Source of the DNA: an uncultured virus (IMG/VR IMGVR_UViG_3300037846_000120)
Lineage: Duplodnaviria > Heunggongvirae > Uroviricota > Caudoviricetes
Virus record (IMG/VR): IMGVR_UViG_3300037846_000120
Length of the DNA stretch: 64,000 bases
Strand: one strand, 5' to 3'
In this document: positions 1 to 11,386 of the stretch, piece after piece
Position numbering within the stretch: the first letter of the stretch is position 1
How the letters are laid out: every line of letters begins with the position of its first letter
Program-made: the position numbers and the translations under genes
Notes under the pieces: generated by a model
Seen by the model: the letters and a program-made list of their open reading frames with translations, nothing else
Database searches by the model: none
What the model was told of the DNA's origin: nothing

Positions 1-1015
1 TCGCGATCGGCTGGCACCGCTGGAGCAGGTGGCGGCGCGCTACGCCGTTGCCATCACGCCGGCGCTCGCCGACCTGATCGATCCGTCCGATCCGCACGAT
101 CCGATCGCGCGGCAATTCGTGCCCGATCCGCGCGAGTTGCACATGGAGCCGCAGGAAAGCCACGACCCGATCGGCGACGAGGCGCACAGCCCGGTCGAAG
201 GCATCGTGCACCGCTACCCGGACCGGGTGCTGCTCAAGCTGGTCAATGCCTGCGCGGTCTATTGCCGGTTCTGCTTCCGCCGCGAGATGGTCGGGCCGGG
301 GCGGGGCGGGCTTAAGCCAGCGGCGCTCGACCAGGCGCTCGCTTATGTCGGAACCCATCCGGAAATCTGGGAGGTCATTTTAACCGGCGGCGATCCGCTG
401 GTGCTCTCGGCGCGCCGGCTCAAAGACGTGGTGACGCGGCTTGCCGCAATCGGCCATGTCAAAGTGATCCGCGTGCACACCCGCGTGCCGGTCGCAGCGC
501 CGGAACGGGTGACGGCGGCCTTGGTGCGCGCGTTGCGCACGAGCAAGGCGACCTTCGTCGTGCTCCATGCCAATCATCCGCGCGAGCTCACGGCACGGGT
601 CCGTGCCGCCTGCGCGCGCTTGATCGACGCTGGCATCCCTATGTTGGCGCAATCTGTGCTGCTGCGCGGCGTCAATGACGATGCCGATACGCTGGGAGCG
701 TTGCTGCGCGCGCTGGTCGAGTGCCGGATCAAACCCTATTACCTGCACCACGCCGATCTGGCGCCCGGCACGGCGCATCTGCGCACCACGATCGCAGAAG
801 GCCAGAGCTTGATGCGCGCGCTGCACGGCCGCACTTCCGGACTTTGTCAGCCGAGCTACGTGCTCGATATCCCGGGCGGCCATGGCAAGTCGCCGATCGG
901 GCCGAGCTATTTGAGCGCGGACGGCGCCGTGATCGAGGATTTTTGCGGCCGGCGCCACGCCTATGCGGCGACGGCGTCCGTCGCGGAGAAAAATACCGCG
1001 GTCTCGAACTCGTAG
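1..1015 (+). CDS. KamA/EpmB-family radical SAM lysine 2,3-aminomutase-like protein (5' truncated by window)
   Basis: CAVYCRFCFRR CxxxCxxC motif, ILTGGDPL, QSVLLRGVND, PYYLH; frame is open back to the window start. Confidence 0.92.
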   Translation, partial: RDRLAPLEQVAARYAVAITPALADLIDPSDPHDPIARQFVPDPRELHMEPQESHDPIGDEAHSPVEGIVHRYPDRVLLKLVNACAVYCRFCFRREMVGPGRGGLKPAALDQALAYVGTHPEIWEVILTGGDPLVLSARRLKDVVTRLAAIGHVKVIRVHTRVPVAAPERVTAALVRALRTSKATFVVLHANHPRELTARVRAACARLIDAGIPMLAQSVLLRGVNDDADTLGALLRALVECRIKPYYLHHADLAPGTAHLRTTIAEGQSLMRALHGRTSGLCQPSYVLDIPGGHGKSPIGPSYLSADGAVIEDFCGRRHAYAATASVAEKNTAVSNS

Positions 1016-1170
1016 CCGCAGGCGTCGCACGACCAAGCGTGGCGCACGCAGCGCTCATTGCGATATTCGGACCAGTCGGGAGCGAGCAGCCAAGCCTGGC
1101 ATTGCGGGCAGGTGTTCTTGTCGTAGGTGACAAGCCGCGTGGCGACCGTGGTCTCGGCATGGAGAGCCAT
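961..1170 (-). CDS. small zinc-ribbon protein (CxxC...CxxC)
   Basis: MALHAE...CPQC...WSCDACGYEFET; GGAGG RBS upstream. Confidence 0.7.
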   Translation of the reverse strand: MALHAETTVATRLVTYDKNTCPQCQAWLLAPDWSEYRNERCVRHAWSCDACGYEFETAVFFSATDAVAA

Positions 1171-1365
1171 GCTTCCTCCTCCCTGAATCACCCCCTCCGC
1201 CCGAGTCGGACGCTAGGCTTGCTCTGTGGCAGCCACGTGACCGATGCCGTGGCATTTCCGTGATCAATGCATTCGTGGCGACCGATTTGAAAATTGCTGC
1301 GCCGCAATTTAGCGAACATTCGATGGGATTGCGGAACCGCTCGCATCGCGCGCGAGTTCCACCGA

Positions 1366-2127
1366 TCACCGGCGCAGCGCTTCAGCGGGAACATCGAGCG
1401 GCGTCACAAAAGCCCGCCGGCTGTTTTTTTGCAAAATCGCGGTGACCAGAAAAATCGGCACGGTGAGGCGGGATTGGATCGGGTTGAGCGAGCGCGCGTA
1501 TTTCGCATTGCTCGTCACCACGTCGTTGCTGATCGGCGCGTCGCCGGCGTGCGATACCGTGAGGTCGATCACTTCGTAATTGTTGTCCCGGCACAGCAGC
1601 CAGAAGAATTGCGGGTTGTAGCTGACGACGCCGTGGGTCAGCATGCCGCCGGCCGGCACTTCGTGCATCATCACGCCGCCGACCTTGGTGAGATCGTGCA
1701 TGACGCGGAAAGCGTTGTCCTGATTGACGACGTGCTCGGTGGTGCCGGCATTGACGACCAGATCGAACGACGATCGCAGCCGGTAAGGCACTTGATCGCG
1801 ATTGAGATCGAGCGAGGTCACGCCGCGGTGACCGCCATATTCCACGGCATTGTAGGAAAAGCCCAAGGATTCCCAGAACGGCTGCGAGGCCGGCGCCGAT
1901 TCCGCCTGGCGCTCGACGCCGTCGATCGTGACGGCCTCCTGGGTTGCGCCAAGGTCGACCGGCTTGCGGCCAAACAGACCGTAAAGCTCGGCCAAGGGCG
2001 CCTCGGCGCGCAGGAACGAGTTGGACAATTGCTGCGCGCCGATCTCGACCACGCGCGCGCGATCGGGCAGGCGGCCGGAGCGCCGCAGCGCGATCAGGTG
2101 CAGAACAGTTTCATAAGCAAGGCCCAC
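1366..2127 (-). CDS. class I SAM-dependent methyltransferase-like protein
   Basis: VVEIGAQ, DLN, FDLVVNAGTTEHV, GGVMMH motifs. Confidence 0.8.
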   Translation of the reverse strand: MGLAYETVLHLIALRRSGRLPDRARVVEIGAQQLSNSFLRAEAPLAELYGLFGRKPVDLGATQEAVTIDGVERQAESAPASQPFWESLGFSYNAVEYGGHRGVTSLDLNRDQVPYRLRSSFDLVVNAGTTEHVVNQDNAFRVMHDLTKVGGVMMHEVPAGGMLTHGVVSYNPQFFWLLCRDNNYEVIDLTVSHAGDAPISNDVVTSNAKYARSLNPIQSRLTVPIFLVTAILQKNSRRAFVTPLDVPAEALRR

Positions 2128-2168
2128 GGAACCGTCCTCTAGTCCTTGAATGTTCGGGCAGAGTTCAT

Positions 2169-2244
2169 TGGCGCGCCCTAGGGGACTCGAACCCCTGTTA
2201 CCGCCGTGAAAGGGCGGTGTCCTGGACCGCTAGACGAAGGGCGC
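2169..2244 (-). tRNA. tRNA-Glu(TTC)
   Basis: reverse complement folds as a cloverleaf; anticodon loop CTTTCAC, GGTTCGAGTCC T-arm, CCA end. Confidence 0.97.
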
Positions 2245-2361
2245 GGATGAAGCGCGATGTGCGCGACAATGAATGCGCCGGACATATAAAGAGGTTTGCT
2301 TTGACCGGCAAGCAAGCGGTCCCTTTGCAATCCTTTAGCGGTCATGGCCGGGGATGACGGG

Positions 2362-2814
2362 TCACCATTTCCCGGTATTGGGCATCGAGGTCCAGGGCTC
2401 CTTCGGCGGCAGCGCCTCGCCTTTCTGCAGAAGCTCGATGGAGTGTTTGTCGGGCGAGCGCACGAACGCCATCATGCCGTCGCGCGGCGGCCGGTTGATG
2501 GTGACGCCGGCCTTCATCAGCCGGTCGCACAGCGCATAGATGTCGTCGACCTCATAGGCGAGGTGGCCGAAATAGCGCGCCTCGCCGTAATCCTCGCTAT
2601 CCCAGTTATAGGTCAGCTCGACCAGCGGCGCCTGGCGGTTGCCGGGGCCCTTGGCGACCAGGTCGCCGTCGGCCGAAGCTGCCAGGAACACCAGGGTGTA
2701 CTTGGCCTTGTCGTCGACCCGGCGGCGCACCTCGGTCAGCCCGAGCTTGTTGCAGTAGAAATCGAGCGCTGCGTCGAGATTGCGCACGCGCAGCATTGTG
2801 TGCAGATACCTCAT
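2362..2814 (-). CDS. gloA: lactoylglutathione lyase (glyoxalase I)
   Basis: [10 protein letters not shown]...ELTYNWD...FGHLAY...FVRSPD...IELLQ. Confidence 0.93.
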   Translation of the reverse strand: MRYLHTMLRVRNLDAALDFYCNKLGLTEVRRRVDDKAKYTLVFLAASADGDLVAKGPGNRQAPLVELTYNWDSEDYGEARYFGHLAYEVDDIYALCDRLMKAGVTINRPPRDGMMAFVRSPDKHSIELLQKGEALPPKEPWTSMPNTGKW

Positions 2815-2894
2815 CGTCGGACCTCCGTCGGTTCGGGTAAATTCGTCGGGTAGAAGTTGGGTAGAAGAATGTCTATGCGTCAAAGGTAGGAACG

Positions 2895-3656
2895 ATGATC
2901 GCACCCGATCTCGACACCGCCAAGTCCCAGCTGCAGGACTTGATCCACAAGGCTGGGATCATTGTCCCATTCACCGGAGCCGGCATTTCGACCGAATGCG
3001 GCATCCCCGATTTCCGTTCGCCGGGGGGCCTTTGGACCAAGAACAAGCCGATCCCGTTCGACGAGTTCCTGGCGAGCCAGGAGGCGCGCAACGAATCCTG
3101 GCGGCGGCGCTTTGCCATGGCCGACCAGTTCGGCGATGCCCGGCCGGGGCGGGGACACCGGGCGCTGGCGAGCCTCTATCGCGCCGGCAAGGTGCCTGCC
3201 GTCATCACCCAAAACATCGACAATCTGCATCAGGCGTCAGGGTTTTCCCCGCAACACGTGGTCGAGCTGCACGGCAATACGACTTACGCTTCATGCCTCG
3301 ACTGCAACGCGCGCTACGAGCTCGCCTGGGTGCGGCAACGCATGGATGCAGCGAACGGCTGTGCGCCCGACTGCGGCTGCGGCGGCTACATCAAGACCGC
3401 GACCGTTTCGTTCGGTCAGGCCATGCCCGATGCCGCAATGCAACGCGCCCAAGACCTTGCGCTTCATTGCGATTTGTTTCTGGCGATCGGTTCGTCGCTC
3501 CTGGTCTGGCCGGCCGCCGGCTTTCCGCTGATGGCGAAGCGCAACGGCGCGCAGCTTGCGATCATCAATCGCGAGGCGACCGAGTTCGACGACATCGCCG
3601 ACCTTGTGGTGCGTCAGGACATCGGCACGGTGCTGGAGTCCTTCATCGTGCATTGA
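2895..3656 (+). CDS. cobB: NAD-dependent protein deacylase, Sir2/CobB family
   Basis: [29 protein letters not shown], zinc Cys pairs, [10 protein letters not shown]. Confidence 0.93.
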   Translation: MIAPDLDTAKSQLQDLIHKAGIIVPFTGAGISTECGIPDFRSPGGLWTKNKPIPFDEFLASQEARNESWRRRFAMADQFGDARPGRGHRALASLYRAGKVPAVITQNIDNLHQASGFSPQHVVELHGNTTYASCLDCNARYELAWVRQRMDAANGCAPDCGCGGYIKTATVSFGQAMPDAAMQRAQDLALHCDLFLAIGSSLLVWPAAGFPLMAKRNGAQLAIINREATEFDDIADLVVRQDIGTVLESFIVH

Positions 3657-3801
3657 AGATACTTTTACACAGGCTGTGACGCTTTTATTCCACTGTTGCA
3701 TTTTTGTCCTTTTCCCCTCGATGGCGAGTGTTATCTTCGATTCAAGAGATTCGTGATGCGCCCGCGTCGGGCGCCAGCACAGAAGCGGCGGCCTCGGCGT
3801 C

Positions 3802-4398
3802 ATGGCGTCGGACGGGATCGAACAAAAATCATCTAACCCGGGGCTCGAACCCGACGTCGATCTCAATGACGAGTCGGCAGCGAACGTCATTGAAGTCTCC
3901 GGCGTCATCAAGTGGTTCGACGTCGCCAAGGGTTACGGCTTCATCATTCCGGACAATGGCATGGCCGACGTGCTGTTGCATGTGACCTGCCTGCGCCGCG
4001 ACGGCTACCAGACCGCTTATGAGGGCGCCCGCGTCATCTGCGAGGTGCTGGCCCGGCCAAAAGGCCTGCAAGCCTTCCGCGTCATCTCCATGGACGAATC
4101 GACGGCGATCCATCCGGCCCAGATGCCGCCGCCGCGCACCCATGTTACTGTGGCGCCGACGAGCGGTCTCGAACGGGCACAGGTCAAATGGTTCAATCGG
4201 TTGCGTGGTTTCGGCTTCCTGACGCGGGGCGAGGGGACGCCGGATATCTTCGTCCACATGGAAACGCTGCGCCGGTTCGGCCTGACGGAACTGCGCCCAG
4301 GCCAGTTCGTGCTGGTGCGCTACGGACCGGGGCCGAAGGGCATGATGGCGGCCGAAGTCCGTCCCGAAGGCGGCCCGCTCGGCCTCACCTCGCACTGA
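3802..4398 (+). CDS. tandem cold-shock domain protein
   Basis: two CSD repeats: KWFDVAKGYGFI...DVLLH and KWFNRLRGFGFL...DIFVH. Confidence 0.93.
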   Translation: MASDGIEQKSSNPGLEPDVDLNDESAANVIEVSGVIKWFDVAKGYGFIIPDNGMADVLLHVTCLRRDGYQTAYEGARVICEVLARPKGLQAFRVISMDESTAIHPAQMPPPRTHVTVAPTSGLERAQVKWFNRLRGFGFLTRGEGTPDIFVHMETLRRFGLTELRPGQFVLVRYGPGPKGMMAAEVRPEGGPLGLTSH

Positions 4399-4451
4399 CG
4401 GCACGCATCGCCAGCCAAATCGCCGGCCATGTCGCCAGCCAAGCATCGGCT

Positions 4452-4919
4452 TTGCGGTTGGCGTTCCGCGCCGCCGCCGGAGTGCTCGCCGGCCTTTATG
4501 TCCTTCTCGCCCTGCTCGCGCCGGCGCAAGCCGCCGGACAGGATACTCTTGAGATCGTCGGCGCTTCCGGCGTCCACGCCTTCACGGTCGAGCTCGCGGT
4601 CGATGACGCGGAACGCGAACGCGGCTTGATGTTCCGCAAGGAACTGCCGGAAGGCCAAGGCATGCTGTTCGACTTCCAGCATGACCAGCCGGTCGCGTTC
4701 TGGATGCACAATACCTATATCTCGCTGGATATGATTTTCATTCGCAGCGACGGCCGGATCATGCGTATCGAAGAGAGCGCCAAGCCGGAATCCGATCGCC
4801 TCATTCCGTCCGGCGCTCCGGTGCGCGCGGTGCTAGAAGTGATTGCCGGGACGGCCAGCCGGCTCGGCATCAAGCCGGGCGACCGGGTCGTCGGCTCGAT
4901 CTTCGGCAAAGGCCGTTGA
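4452..4919 (+). CDS. DUF192 family exported protein (start approximate)
   Basis: signal peptide, ERERGLMFR, GMLF, FWMHNTYISLDMIF, VLEV. Confidence 0.88.
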   Translation: MRLAFRAAAGVLAGLYVLLALLAPAQAAGQDTLEIVGASGVHAFTVELAVDDAERERGLMFRKELPEGQGMLFDFQHDQPVAFWMHNTYISLDMIFIRSDGRIMRIEESAKPESDRLIPSGAPVRAVLEVIAGTASRLGIKPGDRVVGSIFGKGR

Positions 4920-4986
4920 TCGGGCACTCGCGCGGCGGGCTGCTTGGCTTGTCGGGGCGAACCATGTATCCACAAGCCGCGACCGG

Positions 4987-5063
4987 CGGGGTATAGCGCA
5001 GCCTGGTAGCGCGGCAGTTTTGGGTACTGCAGGTCGCAGGTTCAAATCCTGCTGCCCCGACCA
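4987..5063 (+). tRNA. tRNA-Pro(TGG); probable prophage integration target
   Basis: cloverleaf with anticodon loop TTTGGGT and CCA end; integrase stop lies about 75 bp downstream. Confidence 0.97.
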
Positions 5064-5137
5064 AAATTCTCCTGCCATTTCAATCCCCGATTCTGAGTTG
5101 CGCCGCCCGATTCTGAGTGCTGGGTCTGAGTTCGTTC

Positions 5138-6481
5138 TCACTCGTCGTTGCCGGCTTTTGGCCGGCTCGCCTCACGCAACTGCTGCACCTTGACCCGCGT
5201 CCGATCCTGCCGGCGCACGTAGCGGGTTGTCGTTGCCTCCTGCTCCTTCGAGTGGGATAGCAGCGTTTTGATCGCGTCGCGATCGGCGCCGGCTTCCTCG
5301 GCCTCAGTAGCACCACCGGCGCGCAGGTCCATAAGCTTCACGTTGTCCGGGATGCCCGCGACTTGGGCGATCGGCCGGAACCATTTCCGGTAGCTGCGCT
5401 CCTGGATGGCATAGCCATGCTCGCCCTTCACGACGGCGCCGGTGCGCTCATGGTGCGGTACCGCCTCAAGCAGCGGGAGCAGCAGCGAAAAGGTAGCGAG
5501 GTCGAAATTGACCGCAGTGCGGTACTTCGATTTCGACGTCTTCATCCGCCAGCGCCAGCCTGGGATGTTCTCCCAGGTAAAGTAGCCGGTCCAGATCACA
5601 CCGCCGTAGTTGATGGCGGCGGCACCGCGTCGCAGCGCCTTTTCCTGATCGCGGGCGGTCTTGGGTCGCTCGCCAATCACGTCCTTCTGCCGCAGCACCA
5701 GCTCGAACTGCGCCGCCACGCCAATCGACATATACAGTGCGCGCTCCTTCGGGATGACGCCGCGCTCGCCCAGCTCGAGCGCCTTGCGGATGAAAGCCGA
5801 TGCCTGCGCATAGTTCATCTCTTCTTCGCGCGCACCGCCGCGCTCGAAGTTCACCAGGCTCCCGCCGTTCTTCAGCGCGTCGAGGAGAATTTGGCAGTCC
5901 TTGCTGCCAGGATGCCGCGGGCCAAGGGCTACGTTGAAGCGCAGCACCGTCTTCCACATCGAGATCGCATCGTGCGCGCGGTCGATCCGCTCCGGGCCAA
6001 ACGTCGCAATGCCATCGGCGTCGACGTACACCGCAGGCTTTCGCCACTGATCGTACCAATTTTGCATGTCGAGGACGTTGAGATTGCGGATGAGCCGCTG
6101 TCCCACCGTGCCTTCGATGATCTTAAGGCTGTCGATGTAGGAATCGCGCGTGTTGTCCTTAATGCGCGTGTTGAATGCCGAGAGCGGATGTTCCTGGTAG
6201 ATGCGGCACGCCGACAGCACTCGGCCATCATACACGGTTCGAGCCTTCGGCTCGTCGTCCTCGGCGGTCTTGTTCTTCTGATCGTCAAGCCACCTGTCGA
6301 GGCGCGCTGTGTTTTGCTGACAGAGCGTATCGATCTCGTCGTCAGTTGCGCCCGCCGGCAATGGGACGCAGGGTTCGGGGAAGTCGGCTGGTGCCCTCTG
6401 GCCGAGTATCTGACTGGCCATCCAATACGGGAGCCGGTGCCGCCCGCGCTTGAACCCTGGCCGGTTTTTTCGGCGGGGCAT
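5138..6481 (-). CDS. int: tyrosine recombinase / phage integrase
   Basis: catalytic R (LRQKDV), K, DLR, LSHS and Y (RYVR); location beside tRNA. Confidence 0.88.
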   Translation of the reverse strand: MPRRKNRPGFKRGRHRLPYWMASQILGQRAPADFPEPCVPLPAGATDDEIDTLCQQNTARLDRWLDDQKNKTAEDDEPKARTVYDGRVLSACRIYQEHPLSAFNTRIKDNTRDSYIDSLKIIEGTVGQRLIRNLNVLDMQNWYDQWRKPAVYVDADGIATFGPERIDRAHDAISMWKTVLRFNVALGPRHPGSKDCQILLDALKNGGSLVNFERGGAREEEMNYAQASAFIRKALELGERGVIPKERALYMSIGVAAQFELVLRQKDVIGERPKTARDQEKALRRGAAAINYGGVIWTGYFTWENIPGWRWRMKTSKSKYRTAVNFDLATFSLLLPLLEAVPHHERTGAVVKGEHGYAIQERSYRKWFRPIAQVAGIPDNVKLMDLRAGGATEAEEAGADRDAIKTLLSHSKEQEATTTRYVRRQDRTRVKVQQLREASRPKAGNDE

Positions 6482-6752
6482 CGAAATGTTCCTGCCCATC
6501 CTCGTCTGGCTCGACTCGCGCTGTTGCATTGCTGCCGGCTCCATAGTGGTCGTCAAGCCATTGCCTGACGGCTGGATAGAAACGCCCACGCAACAACGCA
6601 TAAAACTTGGGGAAATCTGGCGACTTCTCCCATTCCTTGAGCACCGCGGCCCACCGATCCTCGCCAAGGTGCGCCGCCACGCGGCGGTGCAGCTCCTTGT
6701 CGTCGCAGAACAACGACGGCTCAGCCAGCGCGTGATCGGAGGGTTTGGTCAT
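6342..6752 (-). CDS. putative excisionase / small DNA-binding protein overlapping int
   Basis: position directly upstream of int; DFPK...GRFYPAVRQWLD pattern; ATGA coupling to upstream gene. Confidence 0.6.
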   Translation of the reverse strand: MTKPSDHALAEPSLFCDDKELHRRVAAHLGEDRWAAVLKEWEKSPDFPKFYALLRGRFYPAVRQWLDDHYGAGSNATARVEPDEDGQEHFDAPPKKPARVQARAAPAPVLDGQSDTRPEGTSRLPRTLRPIAGGRN

Positions 6753-7102
6753 AGTGGACACCGCGCCCTGATCCAGTCCCGCAGCGCACCCTCGTAATCA
6801 AACCATTCGCCCCGCAAGCGCTGATTGGCAAAGCGGTCGTGGAGTTCGGCCTCGTGGCTTTTGATGGCCGGCCGTATCAGATAAACCGTCAGTCGAACCG
6901 GCGCGCCGTCCTGCACTTCGAAAAGGCGCTGTTGCGGATTACGCGTCCAGCCGATCTTGATGTAGCTGCCGAACCCGACGACATACACGTAGCCGGTGGC
7001 ACCCGGTGTGAGCGGCGGCACGTTGCCAACGCTTTTGATCATCCGGCGACCGCGCGAGCGCGATTGGAGTGGATGCTTATAAGCCGCAGGGACCGCTCTC
7101 AT
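6749..7102 (-). CDS. GIY-YIG / T5orf172-type nuclease domain protein
   Basis: GYVYVV...IKIGWTRNPQQRL...EAELH...RLRGEWF. Confidence 0.85.
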   Translation of the reverse strand: MRAVPAAYKHPLQSRSRGRRMIKSVGNVPPLTPGATGYVYVVGFGSYIKIGWTRNPQQRLFEVQDGAPVRLTVYLIRPAIKSHEAELHDRFANQRLRGEWFDYEGALRDWIRARCPL

Positions 7103-7614
7103 GCCGCGCTGGCCTCCGCCTTCTTCGGCTTACCCGCCCTAACCCACGCAATCACGTCTTCCCGATTGTCGCGCGCCCAATTCAACGTCTCCAAGGCGTT
7201 CCCCATGATCTCAAGCGCCATATCGGCTTCCGACTGGCGTTTGAAATGATCGTTCGGGAAGCCCATGCGGCCATAGACTTTCTTGCGCATGGCGATCTCG
7301 CGCTCGACTTCGGCAATCTGAGCGTCGATTGAGTATTTTTTTGGCGGCGGATTTTCTTTCGCTTCGAGTTCAGCCACAGCCGCCTCCAATGTCTTCTCGC
7401 CGTTGAGCACCGCGAGCACTGCATCGAGATCGGACACCCGCGTATCGTCGATGAACCACTCGGTGTATGTGACGCCCTTGCACGCGCCCTTGGCAAAGCG
7501 GAGCCGAGCCACGCCTTCGACATCGCCGAGCCAAGCCGAATGCGACCGCGTGAAATTGATGTGCGTCGCGTTCACCATCTTGCGGCCTTGGATGTCGGCG
7601 CGGGTGAGGGGCAT
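7099..7614 (-). CDS. hypothetical phage protein
   Basis: QIAEVEREIAMRKKVY motif typical of small phage early proteins; coupled in operon. Confidence 0.7.
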   Translation of the reverse strand: MPLTRADIQGRKMVNATHINFTRSHSAWLGDVEGVARLRFAKGACKGVTYTEWFIDDTRVSDLDAVLAVLNGEKTLEAAVAELEAKENPPPKKYSIDAQIAEVEREIAMRKKVYGRMGFPNDHFKRQSEADMALEIMGNALETLNWARDNREDVIAWVRAGKPKKAEASAA

Positions 7615-7616
7615 GG

Positions 7617-7832
7617 TTACGCCGGACGTTTGCCGCGAGGGTCGCGGCATATTTCGATGGTGGCTCCGATTTGGCTAAGGCACTCGCCCAAATCGATGTG
7701 CGCCAAACCAAACCGATCCGCCAATTCTTGATCTCCAGCGGCCTCGATTTCTTCCGAAACAGCCAGGACTTTACGCTGGGCGGCCTCAAGGCGGCGCCTC
7801 CAACTGCGCAGTTTTGATCCTGCCAGCGTCAT
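7617..7832 (-). CDS. hypothetical protein
   Basis: tight operon spacing, helical composition. Confidence 0.55.
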   Translation of the reverse strand: MTLAGSKLRSWRRRLEAAQRKVLAVSEEIEAAGDQELADRFGLAHIDLGECLSQIGATIEICRDPRGKRPA

Positions 7833-7834
7833 CC

Positions 7835-8062
7835 TCAACCCTCCACCGCCGTCACGCGTGATAACGCCACGCACCCGGTAATTCCCTCAAGCCACACCAC
7901 GGCGGTATGCCCGCCGATGACGCACGCTCTTGTTCGTGTTCTCGCTCGGACGGTAGAGTTGTCGTCCTTGCGGTAAATCACCGCGACGCCGGAGGAGCCG
8001 TGCTGGTTGTTCCACTGAGCAACTTCGGCGTCAGCATTTTGCTGCAATCGCGTCTGGCCCAT
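7835..8062 (-). CDS. hypothetical phage protein
   Basis: WN...GHTAVVWLEGITGCVALSRV pattern; operon context. Confidence 0.65.
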   Translation of the reverse strand: MGQTRLQQNADAEVAQWNNQHGSSGVAVIYRKDDNSTVRARTRTRACVIGGHTAVVWLEGITGCVALSRVTAVEG

Positions 8063-8066
8063 GGCG

Positions 8067-8998
<932 letters not shown>

Positions 8999-9002
<4 letters not shown>

Positions 9003-9274
9003 GATGATTGCTCCGCCCCTGAGAGCCGCCGAGGCGCGCGGAATAACGCTGCTGCGAGCTGCTCGCCCGCGATGCTTAAGGTGAGGAACGGGCCGCGAAG
9101 GGCGAGATCGTCGCCCATCACCTGCCGATACCAAATCTCGATCAGGCCGCGCCGGGATAGCGGCGACATGAATTCTCGCTGCCAGCCGGCATCGAGCGCG
9201 ACCGGGCGACCGCCGCTGCGCTGTAAGACCGAGCGCAGAATAACGATATGCGAATTGCTCAGCCGTTCGATCAT
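8999..9274 (-). CDS. hypothetical (winged-helix-like) protein
   Basis: LSRRGLIE...LSIAGE pattern; ATGA/GTGA coupling on both sides. Confidence 0.55.
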
Positions 9275-9837
9275 GGCCGCCTCTCGAAACTCGATCGGGA
9301 TTGCAGCTTGCGGCCCTTCGGCCACGGACCGCGCCGCCGTTGACGGCGGCGTGTCGGCTTCAAAAGTTGTTGCACGAAAGCTTTGCGGTGAGCCTCTAGC
9401 TCCCGATCAGAGACCGGAGGCCCGCCGGCGAGCGCTTCGTTCAAATAGCCGGCGGGAAGCGGCTCATCGCCCTTGAAGCCCTCGGTGCGGAGCGGCACCT
9501 CAATGCGCCGCCTTGTCTTTGTCGGCGACATTCGCCGGTTGAATGCGCGCTGCGCTTCTTCCAGTCGATCCGTCTTGGCAATGATGGACTTGTCGCGCCG
9601 GGACTTTTCCCGATGCGCGGGGCGCAGCAGCGGCGTAAAATTCCACCAGCGATCGGGACCGCCGAAGGCGTGCAGCACCACATGATCCTGGTCGAACATG
9701 GCGATGATGGTCTTCGCCGGCACCTGCTTGGCGCGCAGCTCGTCGCGCAATCCTTGCGGCAGCAGCATCGACAGCGCAGCCGCCCACTTCTCGCGGATGG
9801 CGACGTATTTGCGCGGGCGCTTGGTGCGGCGGGTCAT
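9271..9837 (-). CDS. HNH-like endonuclease
   Basis: DHVVLHAFGG...N...HREKSRRD...IAK pattern. Confidence 0.7.
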   Translation of the reverse strand: MTRRTKRPRKYVAIREKWAAALSMLLPQGLRDELRAKQVPAKTIIAMFDQDHVVLHAFGGPDRWWNFTPLLRPAHREKSRRDKSIIAKTDRLEEAQRAFNRRMSPTKTRRRIEVPLRTEGFKGDEPLPAGYLNEALAGGPPVSDRELEAHRKAFVQQLLKPTRRRQRRRGPWPKGRKLQSRSSFERRP

Positions 9838-10220
9838 TCCGCTGCCTCCGCGTACCGAAATAGCGCAACCGTGTTCTGCGGAAATATTTGGTCGCCATCG
9901 GCCGCCCAGCACATGCGGTAGCCCACGCCAGTGTTGCTCTCAATCCTTAGTCCTTCGAGTGCCAGCAGTGGGCGGACGATGCGATTGATCGTCGCCGAAA
10001 TAGATTTTTTTGCGCAAAGCGGGCCACCGTCGCTTTCGTCCGAATAGACAGCATCCGCGAGTACCTCGCCTTCGACCCACTGATTGAAATGTTCGGCGAG
10101 ATGTCGCGCTATGCGCCGGCCAACTTTGGCGAGCGGGAGTTCGGCTAGGATGAGGCCAATGACGGCCCGCTCCGGCAACTTCTGGCGGCAGCACGGACAG
10201 ATTGCGAGAACTGTTCTCAT
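9834..10220 (-). CDS. CxxC plus OmpR-type winged-helix DNA-binding protein
   Basis: CPCC N-terminus; LADAVYSD...GGP...IESNTGVGYRM. Confidence 0.7.
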   Translation of the reverse strand: MRTVLAICPCCRQKLPERAVIGLILAELPLAKVGRRIARHLAEHFNQWVEGEVLADAVYSDESDGGPLCAKKSISATINRIVRPLLALEGLRIESNTGVGYRMCWAADGDQIFPQNTVALFRYAEAAE

Positions 10221-11386
10221 GGCTCGGCCATCACAATGGTCAGCCGCTCAGAAGCGCGCGTAATGCCCGTATAAAGGTGGCGCTGCGCGTCCTCCCGGAA
10301 CACGTGGCTCTGATCGAACAGGATCACATTCGGCCACTGCGAGCCTTGCGCCTTATGGACAGTCAAAGCATATCCATAGGTGAACTGATCCAGCTCCTTG
10401 ATCTCTTCCCACTGCAGCTCGCGCTCGCGGCCGTCGAAAAAGAACGGATGCACCTTGATCTTCACCGCCCGCGCAAATTCGCCGGCATCTTCCGGCTCGA
10501 TAGTCAGGTGTGCGACGGCGGGATTGAACTTACCCCGTTTGGCGACGCGCCAGAGCCCACCGTTGAAGGTGTGCTTGGTGCGGTTGCTGCGCAGGCAGAC
10601 CAGCCGCTCGCCGACATAGGGCGTCGGCTCTTTAAGCTTTTTCAGCTCGCGGACGCGCCAATTGAAGCTGTGCCGGGTGTCGTTCTTGCCGACCAAAATT
10701 TGATCGGCGCCGAGGATCATTTCGGGATCGAGCGCGCCGCGCTCCCAAGGCACGATGCGGCAGACGCCGTAGTCGCCGCCCCAAATGCGCTTGCCCTCGC
10801 GGACGTCCATCGACAGACGGATGATCGGATTGCCCGCGGCCTGGCGGTGCACTTCCGTCAGCATCACGTCGGGCTTGGCGTTGGTGAAAAAGCCGGCATC
10901 CTGCACCGGCGGGAGCTGCGCCGGGTCGCCCAGCGCCAATATCTTCACTCCGAAGCTCAACAGATCGTGCGCCAGATCGGCGCCCACCATCGAGACTTCA
11001 TCGACGATCAGAAGCTTGGCTTCGGTGAGGATACTTTCCTCGGCCAGGACAAACACCGGCTGGCCGCCCGATTCCTCGTCGAGCCGGTAGATCAGGCTGT
11101 GGATGGTGGAGGCGCCGCGGCAACCTTTGGACTGCAACACCAAGGCCGCCTTGCCGGTGAACGCGCCGAACAGCACCGCGTTGCGCAAAAAGCCTTCCTC
11201 GTCGTCGCCGTGCCCTTTGCCCTTGAGCGTTTCGATGACGCGCCTTTTGATTTCGAGCGCGAGCGTCGTCTTTCCGGTGCCGGCATAGCCGAACAGGCGG
11301 AATATCTGCTCCGAGTTCTCGTCGCCGAACCATTGCGTGACGCGATCGAGCGCCGCGGTCTGTTGCGGTGACCAATCGGGGGTCAT
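10217..11386 (-). CDS. RecD/Dda-like SF1 helicase
   Basis: GYAGTGKTT, AFTGKAA, DEVSMV, GDPAQLPPV, LTEVHRQ, TVHKAQGSQW, YTGITRA. Confidence 0.93.
   Translation of the reverse strand: MTPDWSPQQTAALDRVTQWFGDENSEQIFRLFGYAGTGKTTLALEIKRRVIETLKGKGHGDDEEGFLRNAVLFGAFTGKAALVLQSKGCRGASTIHSLIYRLDEESGGQPVFVLAEESILTEAKLLIVDEVSMVGADLAHDLLSFGVKILALGDPAQLPPVQDAGFFTNAKPDVMLTEVHRQAAGNPIIRLSMDVREGKRIWGGDYGVCRIVPWERGALDPEMILGADQILVGKNDTRHSFNWRVRELKKLKEPTPYVGERLVCLRSNRTKHTFNGGLWRVAKRGKFNPAVAHLTIEPEDAGEFARAVKIKVHPFFFDGRERELQWEEIKELDQFTYGYALTVHKAQGSQWPNVILFDQSHVFREDAQRHLYTGITRASERLTIVMAEP

Noticed and set aside
2895..3656. Sir2 protein as an anti-phage NADase
   Set aside because: Typical short zinc-binding CobB deacylase in housekeeping context outside the prophage.
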